Source: Flavobacterium sp. JAD_PAG50586_2 (GTDB lineage Bacteria; Bacteroidota; Bacteroidia; Flavobacteriales; Flavobacteriaceae). Taken from it: DNA of 64,000 nt. The notes below the pieces were generated by a model. That model did not search any database. It was given only the letters and a program-made list of their open reading frames with translations, and was not told where the DNA came from. The position numbers and the translations under genes were made by a program. The stretch covers positions 3,322,724 through 3,386,723 of the forward strand of contig CP096136.1 of NCBI GenBank assembly GCA_023213215.1, read 5' to 3'. Below are positions 1 to 9,205 of this stretch, piece by piece. The stretch's first letter is position 1; each line of letters begins with the position of its first letter.

Positions 1-12
1 CCCCATATATAG

Positions 13-42
13 ACGGCTTCTTTAAAGAGGCCGTTTTTTTTT
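13..42 (+). terminator. Intrinsic terminator of a gene upstream of the window
   Basis: Stem acggcttc/gaggccgt (one G-U pair) followed by a T-run. Confidence 0.7.
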
Positions 43-164
43 GTTTAAAGTTTAAGGTTGAGGATCCATAAACTCATAACCCTATAAACGTATAACCTTT
101 TCCAAAAACCTTATAACCGTCATAACCTGTTCTATCCCGAACTTTGAATAAAAACATAGAAACC

Positions 165-473
165 ATGAAGAAGATAATAATGACCTTTGCAGCGATGTTA
201 GCATTTACATACGCCTCAGCACAATTAGAACCGAAAACAAGACAGCTTAAGAAAGACGATACCATCGGAGTTCAGCAAAGCCGCCGCCAACCCGCAGACA
301 AAACTGTCATAGCGAATAAAAGCATTCTAAAGAGGAATACTTTAGAATCGGGAATGGGGAAACCAAGTCCGGTTAAAAAAGATATAGAATCCAACAACCC
401 AATGCCAACGCCGGTACAAACCGAAAAGAATAGGGTAGAGTTGGTAACGGATACCATTACAAGGAAAAAGTAG
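165..473 (+). CDS. Small secreted hypothetical protein
   Basis: ATG at 165; MKKIIMTFAAMLAFTYASAQ is a typical Bacteroidota signal peptide, followed by a Lys/Pro-rich hydrophilic body. Confidence 0.7.
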   Translation: MKKIIMTFAAMLAFTYASAQLEPKTRQLKKDDTIGVQQSRRQPADKTVIANKSILKRNTLESGMGKPSPVKKDIESNNPMPTPVQTEKNRVELVTDTITRKK

Positions 474-481
474 GAGGGTTA

Positions 482-558
482 AGAAGGCAGGTTTCAGAAA
501 GCAGAAGGCAGGTTTCAGAAAGCAGACAGCAGGCTTCAGAAAGCAGAAAGAAGGCTTC
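482..558. repeat. Tandem 21-bp repeat (3 x 7-mer units), about 3.6 copies
   Basis: agaaggcaggtttcagaaagc at 482-502 and 503-523 (identical); variant agacagcaggcttcagaaagc at 524-544; partial copy 545-558. Confidence 0.9.
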
Positions 559-592
559 TCAAATAAGAAAGAAAATTATTGTCTATATAATA

Positions 593-623
593 AAAAAACT
601 CCAGAGTAAATCCGGAGTTTTTT
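593..623. terminator. Bidirectional intrinsic terminator between convergent genes
   Basis: aaaaaactcc(593-602)/ggagtttttt(614-623) perfect stem with A- and T-tails. Confidence 0.8.
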
Positions 624-647
624 ATTTTCTGTTTTCATAAATCTGCC

Positions 648-700
648 GACTGCTTTCTGCGTTCTGCGTTCTGCTTTCTGCTTTCTGAAAACTGCCTTCT
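648..700. repeat. Heptamer (ttctgcN) tandem repeats, inverted relative to 482-558
   Basis: ctgctttctgcgttctgcgttctgctttctgctttctgaaaactgccttct; 676-700 is the reverse complement of 482-506 with 1 mismatch. Confidence 0.85.
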
Positions 701-704
701 AACA

Positions 705-1769
705 CTAAATCTTAACCCTCCACCCAAAAGTGTCCTCAGCCATATTGTACTGTATCTTCGTTAGTTTGTCCTTTAACTGTAAAGCTATGGAGTTCTCTAT
801 TTTAGGTAATTCATAATAATGTTCCTGGTATTGAAAGCCTACAATTGGACTTACCACTGCAGCAGTTCCGGCTCCGAATATTTCTTTCAGGGTTCCGTTT
901 TTGGCACCTTCGACTAATTCCGATACCAATACTGAGCGTTCCTCTACTTTAATGCCATCGCGTTTAGCAATGTCAATAAGGCTTTTCCTTGTGATACCAT
1001 CTAAGATTCTTTCGCTGGTTGGCGCAGTGCAGATTGTATCGTTGAATCGGAAAAATACATTCATGGTTCCCGCTTCTTCCAGTTTGGTATGCGTAGCATC
1101 GTCTGTCCAGATGATTTGCTGGAACCCTTTTTCCTGCGCTAATTTCTGTGGATAGAATTGTGAGGAATAGTTTCCGGCTGCTTTTGCTGCTCCGATTCCA
1201 CCATTGGCCGCACGGCTGTAATGTTCGGCAATGATTACCTTTACTTCACCCGAATAATACGAACGGGCAGGGGAAAGGATAATCATAAAGCGGTATTGTG
1301 TTGAGGGCTGTGCAATAACGCCAGAACCAATCGCAATCATAAACGGACGGATGTACAAAGTATTTCCGAGGCCTTTCTTAACCCAGTCTTTTTCTAATTC
1401 AACAATAGCTTTTAGGCCACCAATAAAGATTTCCTCTGTAATTTCCGGCATAGCCATCCTTACGGCTGATTTGTTGAAACGGTCTAAGTTTTGGTCGGGA
1501 CGGAAAAGCCATATTTCGTCGTTATCATCACGATACGCTTTCATTCCTTCAAAAATAGCCTGTCCGTAATGGAACACTTTTGCGGAAGGATCCATAAGAA
1601 ACGGTTCGTAAGGTTTGATTACCGGTTTCTGCCAGGCACCTTCCTTAAAATCACATACGAGCATGTGGTCGGTAAACGTATTTCCAAATGCAATATTCTC
1701 AAAATCGACTTCGTTGATTTTAGAAGTTTTTACTCTTACTATATCGATTTCGTTTGTAGTTTTTAACAT
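705..1769 (-). CDS. ilvE: Branched-chain amino acid aminotransferase
   Basis: HYGQAIFEGMKA, LYIRPF, AKAAGNY (PLP lysine), EEAGTMNVFF, ILDGITRKS, GAGTAAVVSP motifs. Confidence 0.96.
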   Translation of the reverse strand: MLKTTNEIDIVRVKTSKINEVDFENIAFGNTFTDHMLVCDFKEGAWQKPVIKPYEPFLMDPSAKVFHYGQAIFEGMKAYRDDNDEIWLFRPDQNLDRFNKSAVRMAMPEITEEIFIGGLKAIVELEKDWVKKGLGNTLYIRPFMIAIGSGVIAQPSTQYRFMIILSPARSYYSGEVKVIIAEHYSRAANGGIGAAKAAGNYSSQFYPQKLAQEKGFQQIIWTDDATHTKLEEAGTMNVFFRFNDTICTAPTSERILDGITRKSLIDIAKRDGIKVEERSVLVSELVEGAKNGTLKEIFGAGTAAVVSPIVGFQYQEHYYELPKIENSIALQLKDKLTKIQYNMAEDTFGWRVKI

Positions 1770-2032
1770 AGTCTGATCATTTTTTTTACTTCAGTTAACA
1801 TTACAAAGTATTGAAAATTAATAGTTTGAGTTGCATTTGCTGAAAATTATAGTAGTTGTGTAAGTTTTTTGTAAAACTAATAAAAATAAATTAGCATTTC
1901 ACATCGGTAAAACAAATTGGAAATATTTTTCAAAACACTTAAGTTTCTTACTAAATGAGTAAATAAATCGTTAATATTTTCGTGGTTTTTGTTAAACTGT
2001 TTATATTCGCAACACATTAAAAATCTAATAAT

Positions 2033-2523
2033 ATGAGGAAAATAAATTTTATTGTAGCGATGTTGCTATTTATTGGAGCAACTGCGATGGCACAAACTAC
2101 TGCGAAAAACTTCAAGGCTGACGATTATGCTTCTTTTGGCGAAAAGTTCAAGGTAAACCGCGTTTACAACAAAGCCGAAATGCTGAAGAAATACAAAAAA
2201 CTAAAAAAGGCGATACGCTTACGGTTCAGTTCGAATCGAATATCAAATCCGTATGCAAAAAGAAAGGCTGCTGGATGAAGATGGAATTGGCTGGCGACAG
2301 CAATAACTTTGTAAAGTTTAAGGACTATGGGTTCTTCGTTCCGTTGAATGCGGATAATAGTCCGGCGATAGTAAGCGGTAAAGCATTTGTTGATGTAGAA
2401 TCTGTTGAAGAATTGAGGCATTATGCCAAAGATGGCGGAAAATCGGCAGCGGAAATCGCAAAAATCACCAAACCTGAAACTACTTATTCGTTTTTGGCTG
2501 ATGGGGTTTATATCAAGAAATAA
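2033..2523 (+). CDS. DUF4920-like secreted protein, split by a 1-nt frameshift in the A-run at ~2203-2208
   Basis: Restoring one A joins the two ORFs: ...KKLKKGDTLTVQFESNIKSVCKKKGCWMKMEL...FVKFKDYGFFVP; the VCKKKGCW and FKDYGFFVP motifs match the family. Confidence 0.8.
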
Positions 2524-2571
2524 TGATACTGAAATTCTGAAATGAATTCAGTACAAGTAAATTCAGCATAA

Positions 2572-3021
2572 ATGAAAAAGATAATTGCCCTTGCTTTGAT
2601 TTTTGGTTTGTTCTCCTGCCAGAAGAAAGAGGAAAAACCGAAGGAAGAGAAATGCGCTCCCGGCACGGAAAAGAAACTCGAAATGTATCAGATGTCGGAA
2701 ATGGCAGCGCTCATGGAGCAAATGTATGTCGACAACCAGCGCGTAAAGGAAAATATTAAAAAGGGCGAACCTATTGGTAAATTTCCGGAACATTATATGA
2801 AAATCTACTCGGCCAAATTCACAGACGAAACCGATAATGATTCGTTCTTTAAGGAAAAGGCAGACGAGTATATAGCAGCCCAGCGATTGCTTTATGCTGA
2901 TACGGATTCGAAGAATGCTACCAAAAATTTCAATGCGGCTGTTGATGCCTGTATCACCTGCCACGAGAGCAAATGCGGTGGACCAATACAGCGCATTAAG
3001 AAGCTATATATAAAGGAGTAA
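2572..3021 (+). CDS. Lipoprotein with C-terminal CXXCH motif (putative class II / cytochrome c'-like)
   Basis: Lipobox LFSC; helical Met-rich body; ACITCHESKC near the C-terminus. Confidence 0.7.
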   Translation: MKKIIALALIFGLFSCQKKEEKPKEEKCAPGTEKKLEMYQMSEMAALMEQMYVDNQRVKENIKKGEPIGKFPEHYMKIYSAKFTDETDNDSFFKEKADEYIAAQRLLYADTDSKNATKNFNAAVDACITCHESKCGGPIQRIKKLYIKE

Positions 3022-3023
3022 TT

Positions 3024-3686
3024 TTGAAGCGCGAAATTATCCAGACCAATGATGGTTCGACAACAATCCATCTGCCGGAGTGGAATGAGAGTTATCATTC
3101 CAAACACGGAGCAATTCAGGAAGCTTATCATGTATTTATAAAGAATGGCTTGTCTCTAAAACAGGGACAGGCCATTGCTGTTTTAGAAATTGGTTTCGGA
3201 ACCGGACTGAATTGTTTTATTACCTATCTCGAAGCCAAAAAGAATCAGCAACAAATAGATTACGTTGGAGTAGAGGCCTATCCTGTCAGGCAGGAAGAAG
3301 CCCTTCAGATGAATTATCCAAAGGAAATAGAAGCGGGTGAAACTCCACTTTTCAATCAAATGCACGAAAGCGATTGGGAGCAGAGGATTTCCTTATCGGA
3401 TAACTTTAGCCTTACCAAACGCCAACAATTCTTTCAGGACATAACCGATGAAAACACCTTTGATTTGATCTATTTCGATGCCTTCGGTTTCCGCGTTCAG
3501 CCCGAATTGTGGTCGGAAGAAATCTTTGCCGCGATGTTCAGGGCATTGAAGCCCAATGGTGTTTTGGTTACGTATGCCTGCCGGTCTTCCATAAAAAAGG
3601 CCATGCTATCAGCAGGTTTTTCCGTAGAAAAGTTACCCGGAGCTCCAGGCAAACGAGAGATGTTGCGCGCCAGTAAAGCGGTTTAG
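3024..3686 (+). CDS. mnmD: tRNA mnm5s2U34 methyltransferase (MnmC N-terminal / MnmD-like)
   Basis: TNDGSTT...ESYHSKHGA, LEIGFGTGLN, YFDAFG...QPELWS, TYAC...PGAPGKREM motifs. Confidence 0.9.
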   Translation: MKREIIQTNDGSTTIHLPEWNESYHSKHGAIQEAYHVFIKNGLSLKQGQAIAVLEIGFGTGLNCFITYLEAKKNQQQIDYVGVEAYPVRQEEALQMNYPKEIEAGETPLFNQMHESDWEQRISLSDNFSLTKRQQFFQDITDENTFDLIYFDAFGFRVQPELWSEEIFAAMFRALKPNGVLVTYACRSSIKKAMLSAGFSVEKLPGAPGKREMLRASKAV

Positions 3687-3807
3687 AAAAATTAACTTTT
3701 TGTGTAGTTATATTTAACGTTGAAAATATATCCCGAAAAAGAATAATAGTTATTTTTGATATCAGAAACGTTCTTATTTATTGCTAACCAACTTAATTAA
3801 ACTAAAC

Positions 3808-4008
3808 ATGTCTAAATCAATGCTAGACTATACCAAGTCTGTCTTGAAAGGAGTCAGTTTTGATGTTAATCTATTCAGCAAGGAACTCCAAAAAGCCTGT
3901 AAGGTGTTATTGCCTTACGAAATAGAAGAATTAATATCCTGGCTTACAAAATTTATAAAGGAAAAACCGGAATTACAGCACACGTTGCTGCTTATCAATA
4001 ATAAATAA
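3808..4008 (+). CDS. Small conserved hypothetical protein, paralog 1 of 3
   Basis: MSKSMLDYTKSVLKGVSFDVNLFSKELQKACKVLLPYEIEELISWL; clearly similar to 4108-4323 and 4475-4669. Confidence 0.85.
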   Translation: MSKSMLDYTKSVLKGVSFDVNLFSKELQKACKVLLPYEIEELISWLTKFIKEKPELQHTLLLINNK

Positions 4009-4012
4009 AACT

Positions 4013-4038
4013 AAGGGAACTTAAACGGTTCCTTTTTT
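4013..4038 (+). terminator. Intrinsic terminator after paralog 1
   Basis: aagggaac/gttccttt stem plus T-run. Confidence 0.6.
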
Positions 4039-4107
4039 ATTTGCTAATTAGGGAAACTGTATCGTTAACTGTTTCGTAGATAAAGTATATAATTAAACTT
4101 TATAGTC

Positions 4108-4323
4108 ATGGGACAAATGATTTACGATTTTACAAAGGCTTCTCTAATCAAAGCTTCCAACAATAAAGAGCTTTTTGTTAAGGAATTGGTTAAAGCCTCC
4201 AAAGCTTTGACAAAACATGAAAAGGACAAAATAACCAATTGGCTGTTTTTCTTTACAGCAGACAAACCTGATATGCAAAAATGGGTCTACGAACTTCTGG
4301 ATAAAGATATTTTAGTAGGTTAA
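4108..4323 (+). CDS. Small conserved hypothetical protein, paralog 2 of 3 (most diverged)
   Basis: MIYDFTK...LFVKELVKA...NWLFFFT pattern shared with its neighbours. Confidence 0.8.
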   Translation: MGQMIYDFTKASLIKASNNKELFVKELVKASKALTKHEKDKITNWLFFFTADKPDMQKWVYELLDKDILVG

Positions 4324-4474
4324 AACTTTAATAAAATGTTAATCAAGTGCATTTAAACGTCTAAAAAGGCATTTTATCGATAATTTTTAATAAAAATGTT
4401 TGGTAGAGAATATAATTTAATATACTTTTACTAAACGTTCTTACAATAAGATAACCCCAAATCTTAAACTAACC

Positions 4475-4669
4475 ATGCCTAGAATGATTTATGACTACAC
4501 GAAATCTGTACTCGAGAGAGTAAGCTTCGATCCGATCCTGTTCGCTAAAGAGCTAAAAAAGGCAATCCGAAATCTATTGCCTTATGAAGTAGAACAGTTA
4601 AAAAAATGGCTGCAGTTCTTTACGAGCGAGCATCCGGAATTAAAACAATGTTTATCTGTTGTTAGTTAG
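4475..4669 (+). CDS. Small conserved hypothetical protein, paralog 3 of 3
   Basis: MPRMIYDYTKSVLERVSFDPILFAKELKKAIRNLLPYEVEQLKKWL. Confidence 0.85.
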   Translation: MPRMIYDYTKSVLERVSFDPILFAKELKKAIRNLLPYEVEQLKKWLQFFTSEHPELKQCLSVVS

Positions 4670-4704
4670 CAGAATTGAATAAGGAGTTTTGTGCAATGAG
4701 CTCC

Positions 4705-5648
4705 TTATTTTTTTTGTTGTAACGGACTTATGATCTGCACATTCTGAAAGACTATCGCACCCTTTACTACCCCTGCAATTGTGGAGCGCAAAGCATCAAT
4801 GATATGAATCTTCAATTCATTTTTCGGGAAGATTAAACTCACTTCACGCGCCGGTTTCGGTTCCTTGAAATGGCGCAATTTTAATTGATCTTTTTCCTTT
4901 AAATCCAAGGTGTGCAGATAGGGAAGTAATGTGGTTCCCAAACCTTCATCTGCTAGTTTTATCAGTGTTTCAAAACTACCGCTTTCAATTTGGAAGTGGC
5001 TTTTCTCATTCGCGGCTACATTTTTGCATAAATTCAATATGCCATCCCGAAACAATGTCCATCCTGAAGTAACAGGATTTCGTCCAAATTCAAATCATCC
5101 ACCTCAATTTCCTGCTTTTGGAAATTTTGATGGCCTTCCGGAATGTAAGCTACAAAAGGCTCAAAATACAAAACCACTTCCTTTATTTTTTCCTCCTGTA
5201 ATGGCGTTGCCGCAATGGCAGCATCCAAATGACCATTGTTAAGTCGGGTGATGATTTCGTCGGTATTTAACTCTTCGATGATTAGCTTTACTTTCGGGTA
5301 TTTTTTAATGAAGTTATTTAGGAACATGGGTAACAAAGTGGGCATTATGGTTGGAATGATTCCCAAACGGAATTCGCCTCCAATAAATCCCTTTTGCTGG
5401 TCAACAATATCCTGAATCCTGTCGGCCTCATTGACAATGTTTTTGGATTGATTGACAATTTTTTGTCCGATTTCAGTTAGCTGTATCGGCTTTTTTGTCC
5501 GGTCAAAAATCTGGATTCCTAATTCTTCTTCAATTTTCTGGATCTGCATGCTCAACGTAGGTTGAGTCACAAAACATTTTTCCGCTGCAAGCGTAAAGTT
5601 CTTGTGTTCAGCAACTGCGAGAACATATTTAAGTTGGGTAATTGTCAT
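4705..5648 (-). CDS. oxyR: LysR-family peroxide-sensing regulator OxyR, 1-nt frameshift at ~5050
   Basis: LysR HTH (FTLAAEKCFVTQPTLSMQIQKIE); restoring one T gives LQDGHCFRDGILNLC with both redox cysteines. Confidence 0.9.
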
Positions 5649-5750
5649 TATATAGTATAATTTGATACAAATATAAAAACTATAAGTTTAATTTATAGTT
5701 AAGGAATGTTAAAAAAAGTATAATGGCTTTTAAAACCTACTCTGAATACT

Positions 5751-5758
5751 TACATTTG
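5751..5758 (+). promoter_or_regulatory. Bacteroidota -7 promoter element
   Basis: TACATTTG matches TAnnTTTG, immediately upstream of ATG 5763. Confidence 0.6.
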
Positions 5759-5762
5759 TGGC

Positions 5763-6049
5763 ATGAAATATTTTGCAAGACTATTTTTAACCGTATTCGT
5801 TCTCTTTCTTTCAACGCCGACAGTTGTTACGTTGATTAAGAAAACTACTGATACGTCTATATTTTATAGTTTTGCCGAAGAAGAAATCCACAAAGAGTTA
5901 AAGGAAGTTAAGGCGGAAGTCAAACAACACTTTGATTATCCATTTCTGGATTTGAAAATCAATAAAAATACCACTATCATTTCTGATAACTTATCGCGAC
6001 ATGATAATGTTGCCGCAGAAATTTTTCTCCTCCGCCCGAATTTATTTAA
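5763..6049 (+). CDS. Small membrane-anchored protein upstream of the SulP operon; probable true C-terminus EIFSPPPEFI*
   Basis: Hydrophobic N-terminus; adding one T to the T-run at 6022-6026 gives ATT TTT TCT CCT CCG CCC GAA TTT ATT TAA. As written, the ORF runs to 6071. Confidence 0.7.
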
Positions 6050-6122
6050 TACAAACTTTCGATGTTTTTAAGATGCTTACATACTGTGGGCATTAAACTT
6101 TTGTATTAAATTTTTTCAAATC

Positions 6123-7771
6123 ATGACAAAAAAATCAATCTTTTTGCTAACCTTAAGTCTGATTTTGCTTCAGGTTTAGTGGTTTTTTTAGTAGCACTTC
6201 CATTATGTTTGGGTATTGCTCTGGCTTCCGGTGCGCCATTATTTGCCGGTATTATTGCCGGAGTTGTTGGCGGACTTGTAGTTGGTTACCTGAGTAAGTC
6301 GCATCTAAGTGTTTCAGGTCCGGCAGCTGGTTTAACCGCAATAGTTTTAACCGCTATAACCGACTTGGGGAGTTTTAACGCTTTCTTATTGGCGGGTTTA
6401 ATTGCTGGTGTAATTCAGTTAGTACTTGGATTTGTTAAGGCAGGAAGTATTTCCAACTATTTCCCCACCAATGTAATTGAAGGAATGTTGGCCGGAATTG
6501 GAGTGATAATTTTCCTAAAGCAAATTCCCCACGCATTTGGTTATGATCCCGATCACGAAGGCGATTTTGGATTTTTCCAACCTGATGGAGAGAATACCTT
6601 TTCGGAAATTTTCAATATAATAAACCATGTGCAGCCAGGTTCTATTGTAATTACGCTGGTGTCTTTAACCATACTGATTGCGTGGACAAAAGTCAAGTTC
6701 CTAAAGGAGCTGAAACTGGTTCCGGCGGCTTTGATAGCTGTGATTGTTGGTATTTTGCTAAACGAATTATTCATTCTAACCGGAAGTCCTTTAGCTATCG
6801 GAAGTGACCATTTAGTAACATTACCTGTACCTACTTCATTTCAGGAGTTTACCAATATTTTTGTGGCGCCTGATTTTTATGCCATAACCAACAGTAAGGT
6901 ATGGATTGTAGGTATTACGATTGCAGTTGTGGCATCGATTGAAACTCTTTTATGCATTGAAGCTGCCGATAGGATGGACGCTCAAAAAAGATATACTGAT
7001 ACCAATGTGGAATTGAAAGCACAGGGAATTGGAAACATCATTAGTTCGATGCTTGGCGGATTACCAATGACCTCAGTAGTAGTTAGGACTTCAGCCAATA
7101 ATAACGCAGGAGCAAAATCTAAAATGTCTGCTATTATTCACGGGTTTTTATTATTGGTAAGCGTAGTGGCAATACCGGCAATACTGAATAAAATTCCACT
7201 GGCTACCTTAGCTGCCATCTTATTATTGGTGGGTTATAAACTAGCTAATCCAAAGGTAATTAAGCATTTCTGGGAAAGAGGGAAATACCAGTTCATTCCA
7301 TTCATAGCTACATTTATAGGAGTAGTTTTCACCGATTTATTAAAAGGAGTGGCATTGGGAATTGTAATCAGTATTATTTTTGTTTTGAAAGGAAATTTAA
7401 AACGGGCTTACCATTTCAGGAAAGAAGAATATGGCGATGGCGATGTTATCCATATTGATTTGGCGCAGGAAGTTTCATTTTTAAATAAAGCGGCCATTAA
7501 AGCTACTTTGATGGAGATTCCTGAGAATTCAAAAGTAATTATCAATGCCCAGGATACGGTTTACATTGCACATGATATTTTGGATTTACTCCGTGAATTT
7601 AAAGCAACACGTGCGGTTGATGAAAACATCAAAGTGAAGCTAAAAGGTTTTAAGAAAGCCTATCAGTTAGAAAACAGTGACGGATTTAAAAATACAGTGA
7701 CCATCGAACAACGATATGATGCCATGAAAAGAAAGATGGTAGATGTTGAAGTAGAAAAAAATAAAAATTAA
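6123..7771 (+). CDS. SulP/SLC26 family anion (bicarbonate) transporter
   Basis: FLVALPLCLGIALASG, SVSGPAAG, ELKAQGIGN, PMTSVVVRTS motifs and a STAS-like tail; the true start ATG 6123 (MTKKINLFANLKSDFASG) needs one A restored. Confidence 0.92.
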
Positions 7772-7774
7772 AAC

Positions 7775-8458
7775 ATGAAAACACTAAATAAAGAATTACA
7801 GGCTTCTATCACTCCAAGAAAAGCCTTAGACATATTGAAATCAGGAAACAAACGTTTTGTAAGCAACTTACAGGCGCACCGCGATTTGTTAGAACAGGTA
7901 AATGATACCCGTGATGGGCAATGGCCTTTTGCTACCATCTTAAGCTGTATTGATAGCCGAACATCAGCAGAACTTATTTTTGACCAAGGCCTTGGTGATG
8001 TTTTTTCGGTACGAATTGCCGGGAATATCGTTAATACAGACATCTTAGGAAGCATGGAGTTTGCCTGTAAAGTGGCAGGTTCTAAACTGATAGTGGTATT
8101 GGGTCATAGCAAATGTGGCGCTGTAAAGGGCGCCTGCGATCATGTAGAAATGGGTAATCTTACCGAATTACTTTCTAAAATCCAACCTTCCGTTTATGCA
8201 GAGACAGAAACCAAGGACAACCGTTCAGCATCTAACGCTACATTTGTTGAGAATGTATCGGAAATCAATGTGAGGCGAAATGTCAATAATATCATAGAGC
8301 GTAGCTTCATTTTAGAGCAGATGATTGAAAATGGAGAGATAGGCATCGTTGGTGCAATGCACAATATTGAAACGGGCGAAGTAACATTTTACGAAGAAAC
8401 CTTGTACATCAAAGACGAGGAAAACCCTAATTTTTCAGTGGCAGAATTAAGACATTAA
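7775..8458 (+). CDS. Beta-class carbonic anhydrase (clade C/D-like)
   Basis: LSCIDSRT, RIAGN, LGHSKCGAV zinc-ligand motifs. Confidence 0.93.
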   Translation: MKTLNKELQASITPRKALDILKSGNKRFVSNLQAHRDLLEQVNDTRDGQWPFATILSCIDSRTSAELIFDQGLGDVFSVRIAGNIVNTDILGSMEFACKVAGSKLIVVLGHSKCGAVKGACDHVEMGNLTELLSKIQPSVYAETETKDNRSASNATFVENVSEINVRRNVNNIIERSFILEQMIENGEIGIVGAMHNIETGEVTFYEETLYIKDEENPNFSVAELRH

Positions 8459-8542
8459 TAAACTTTAGAATCAAGCATAAAACCACCTTTAGCAATATAG
8501 TATCAGGTGGTTTTTTTGTTATATTTGGTACAAACTTACATC

Positions 8543-9178
8543 ATGAGCGATTTTTACAAAAAGATATTAGACAACAATAAGCAATGGGTCGAAAGAACAT
8601 TGGAAAAAGACCCAAACTATTTCAAGGATTTGGCCAAAGGACAAACGCCACCATTATTGTGGATTGGGTGTTCTGACAGTCGCGTTCCGGCAAATGAAAT
8701 CATTGGCGCCAAACCGGGAGAGGTTTTTGTCCACAGGAATATAGCCAATATGGTTGTGCATTCCGATATGAACATGCTCAGCGTTTTGGATTATGCGGTA
8801 AATGTCCTGAAGGTAAAACACGTTATTGTATGTGGCCATTATGGCTGTGGTGGAGTGAAAGCGGCTATGGGAAATGATTCCATTGGGATTATCGACAATT
8901 GGATCCGCCATATTAAGGATGTGTATCGTTTGCATGAACATTACCTTGATTCCATTGATAATGTAGAAGACCGTTTCAATGCTTTTGTCGAGATCAATGC
9001 GAAAGAACAGGTTTTCGATTTAGCTAAAACTTCCATAGTTCAGGGTGCTTGGAGAAACGGGCAGGAGTTAACATTACACGGTTGGGTATACGGACTAAAC
9101 TCTGGTTTTGTTACCGACTTAAATGTTAACATCAGTTCTAATGGGGATTTGGACGAAGTATACCAGTTGAAATTCTAA
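8543..9178 (+). CDS. can: Beta-class carbonic anhydrase (Can-like)
   Basis: WIGCSDSRVP, VHRNIAN, CGHYGCGGV; ATG at 8543. Confidence 0.93.
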   Translation: MSDFYKKILDNNKQWVERTLEKDPNYFKDLAKGQTPPLLWIGCSDSRVPANEIIGAKPGEVFVHRNIANMVVHSDMNMLSVLDYAVNVLKVKHVIVCGHYGCGGVKAAMGNDSIGIIDNWIRHIKDVYRLHEHYLDSIDNVEDRFNAFVEINAKEQVFDLAKTSIVQGAWRNGQELTLHGWVYGLNSGFVTDLNVNISSNGDLDEVYQLKF

Positions 9179-9182
9179 ATAC

Positions 9183-9204
9183 AATCGCTTTCGGGCGATT
9201 TTTT
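9183..9204. terminator. Terminator between convergent can and LETM1-like gene
   Basis: aatcgc/gcgatt stem plus T-run. Confidence 0.65.
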
Positions 9205-9205
9205 A

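Noticed and set aside
482-700. CRISPR array suggested by regularly spaced repeats
   Set aside because: Units are directly adjacent 7/21-bp tandem repeats with no unique spacers, and there are no cas genes in the window.
4931-5242. Antisense and overlapping ORFs from the six-frame track (e.g. 901-1155, 4931-5242, 10027-10551, 14276-14626, 34596-35120, 49243-49764)
   Set aside because: They lie opposite well-supported genes, lack motifs and are expected shadow ORFs.
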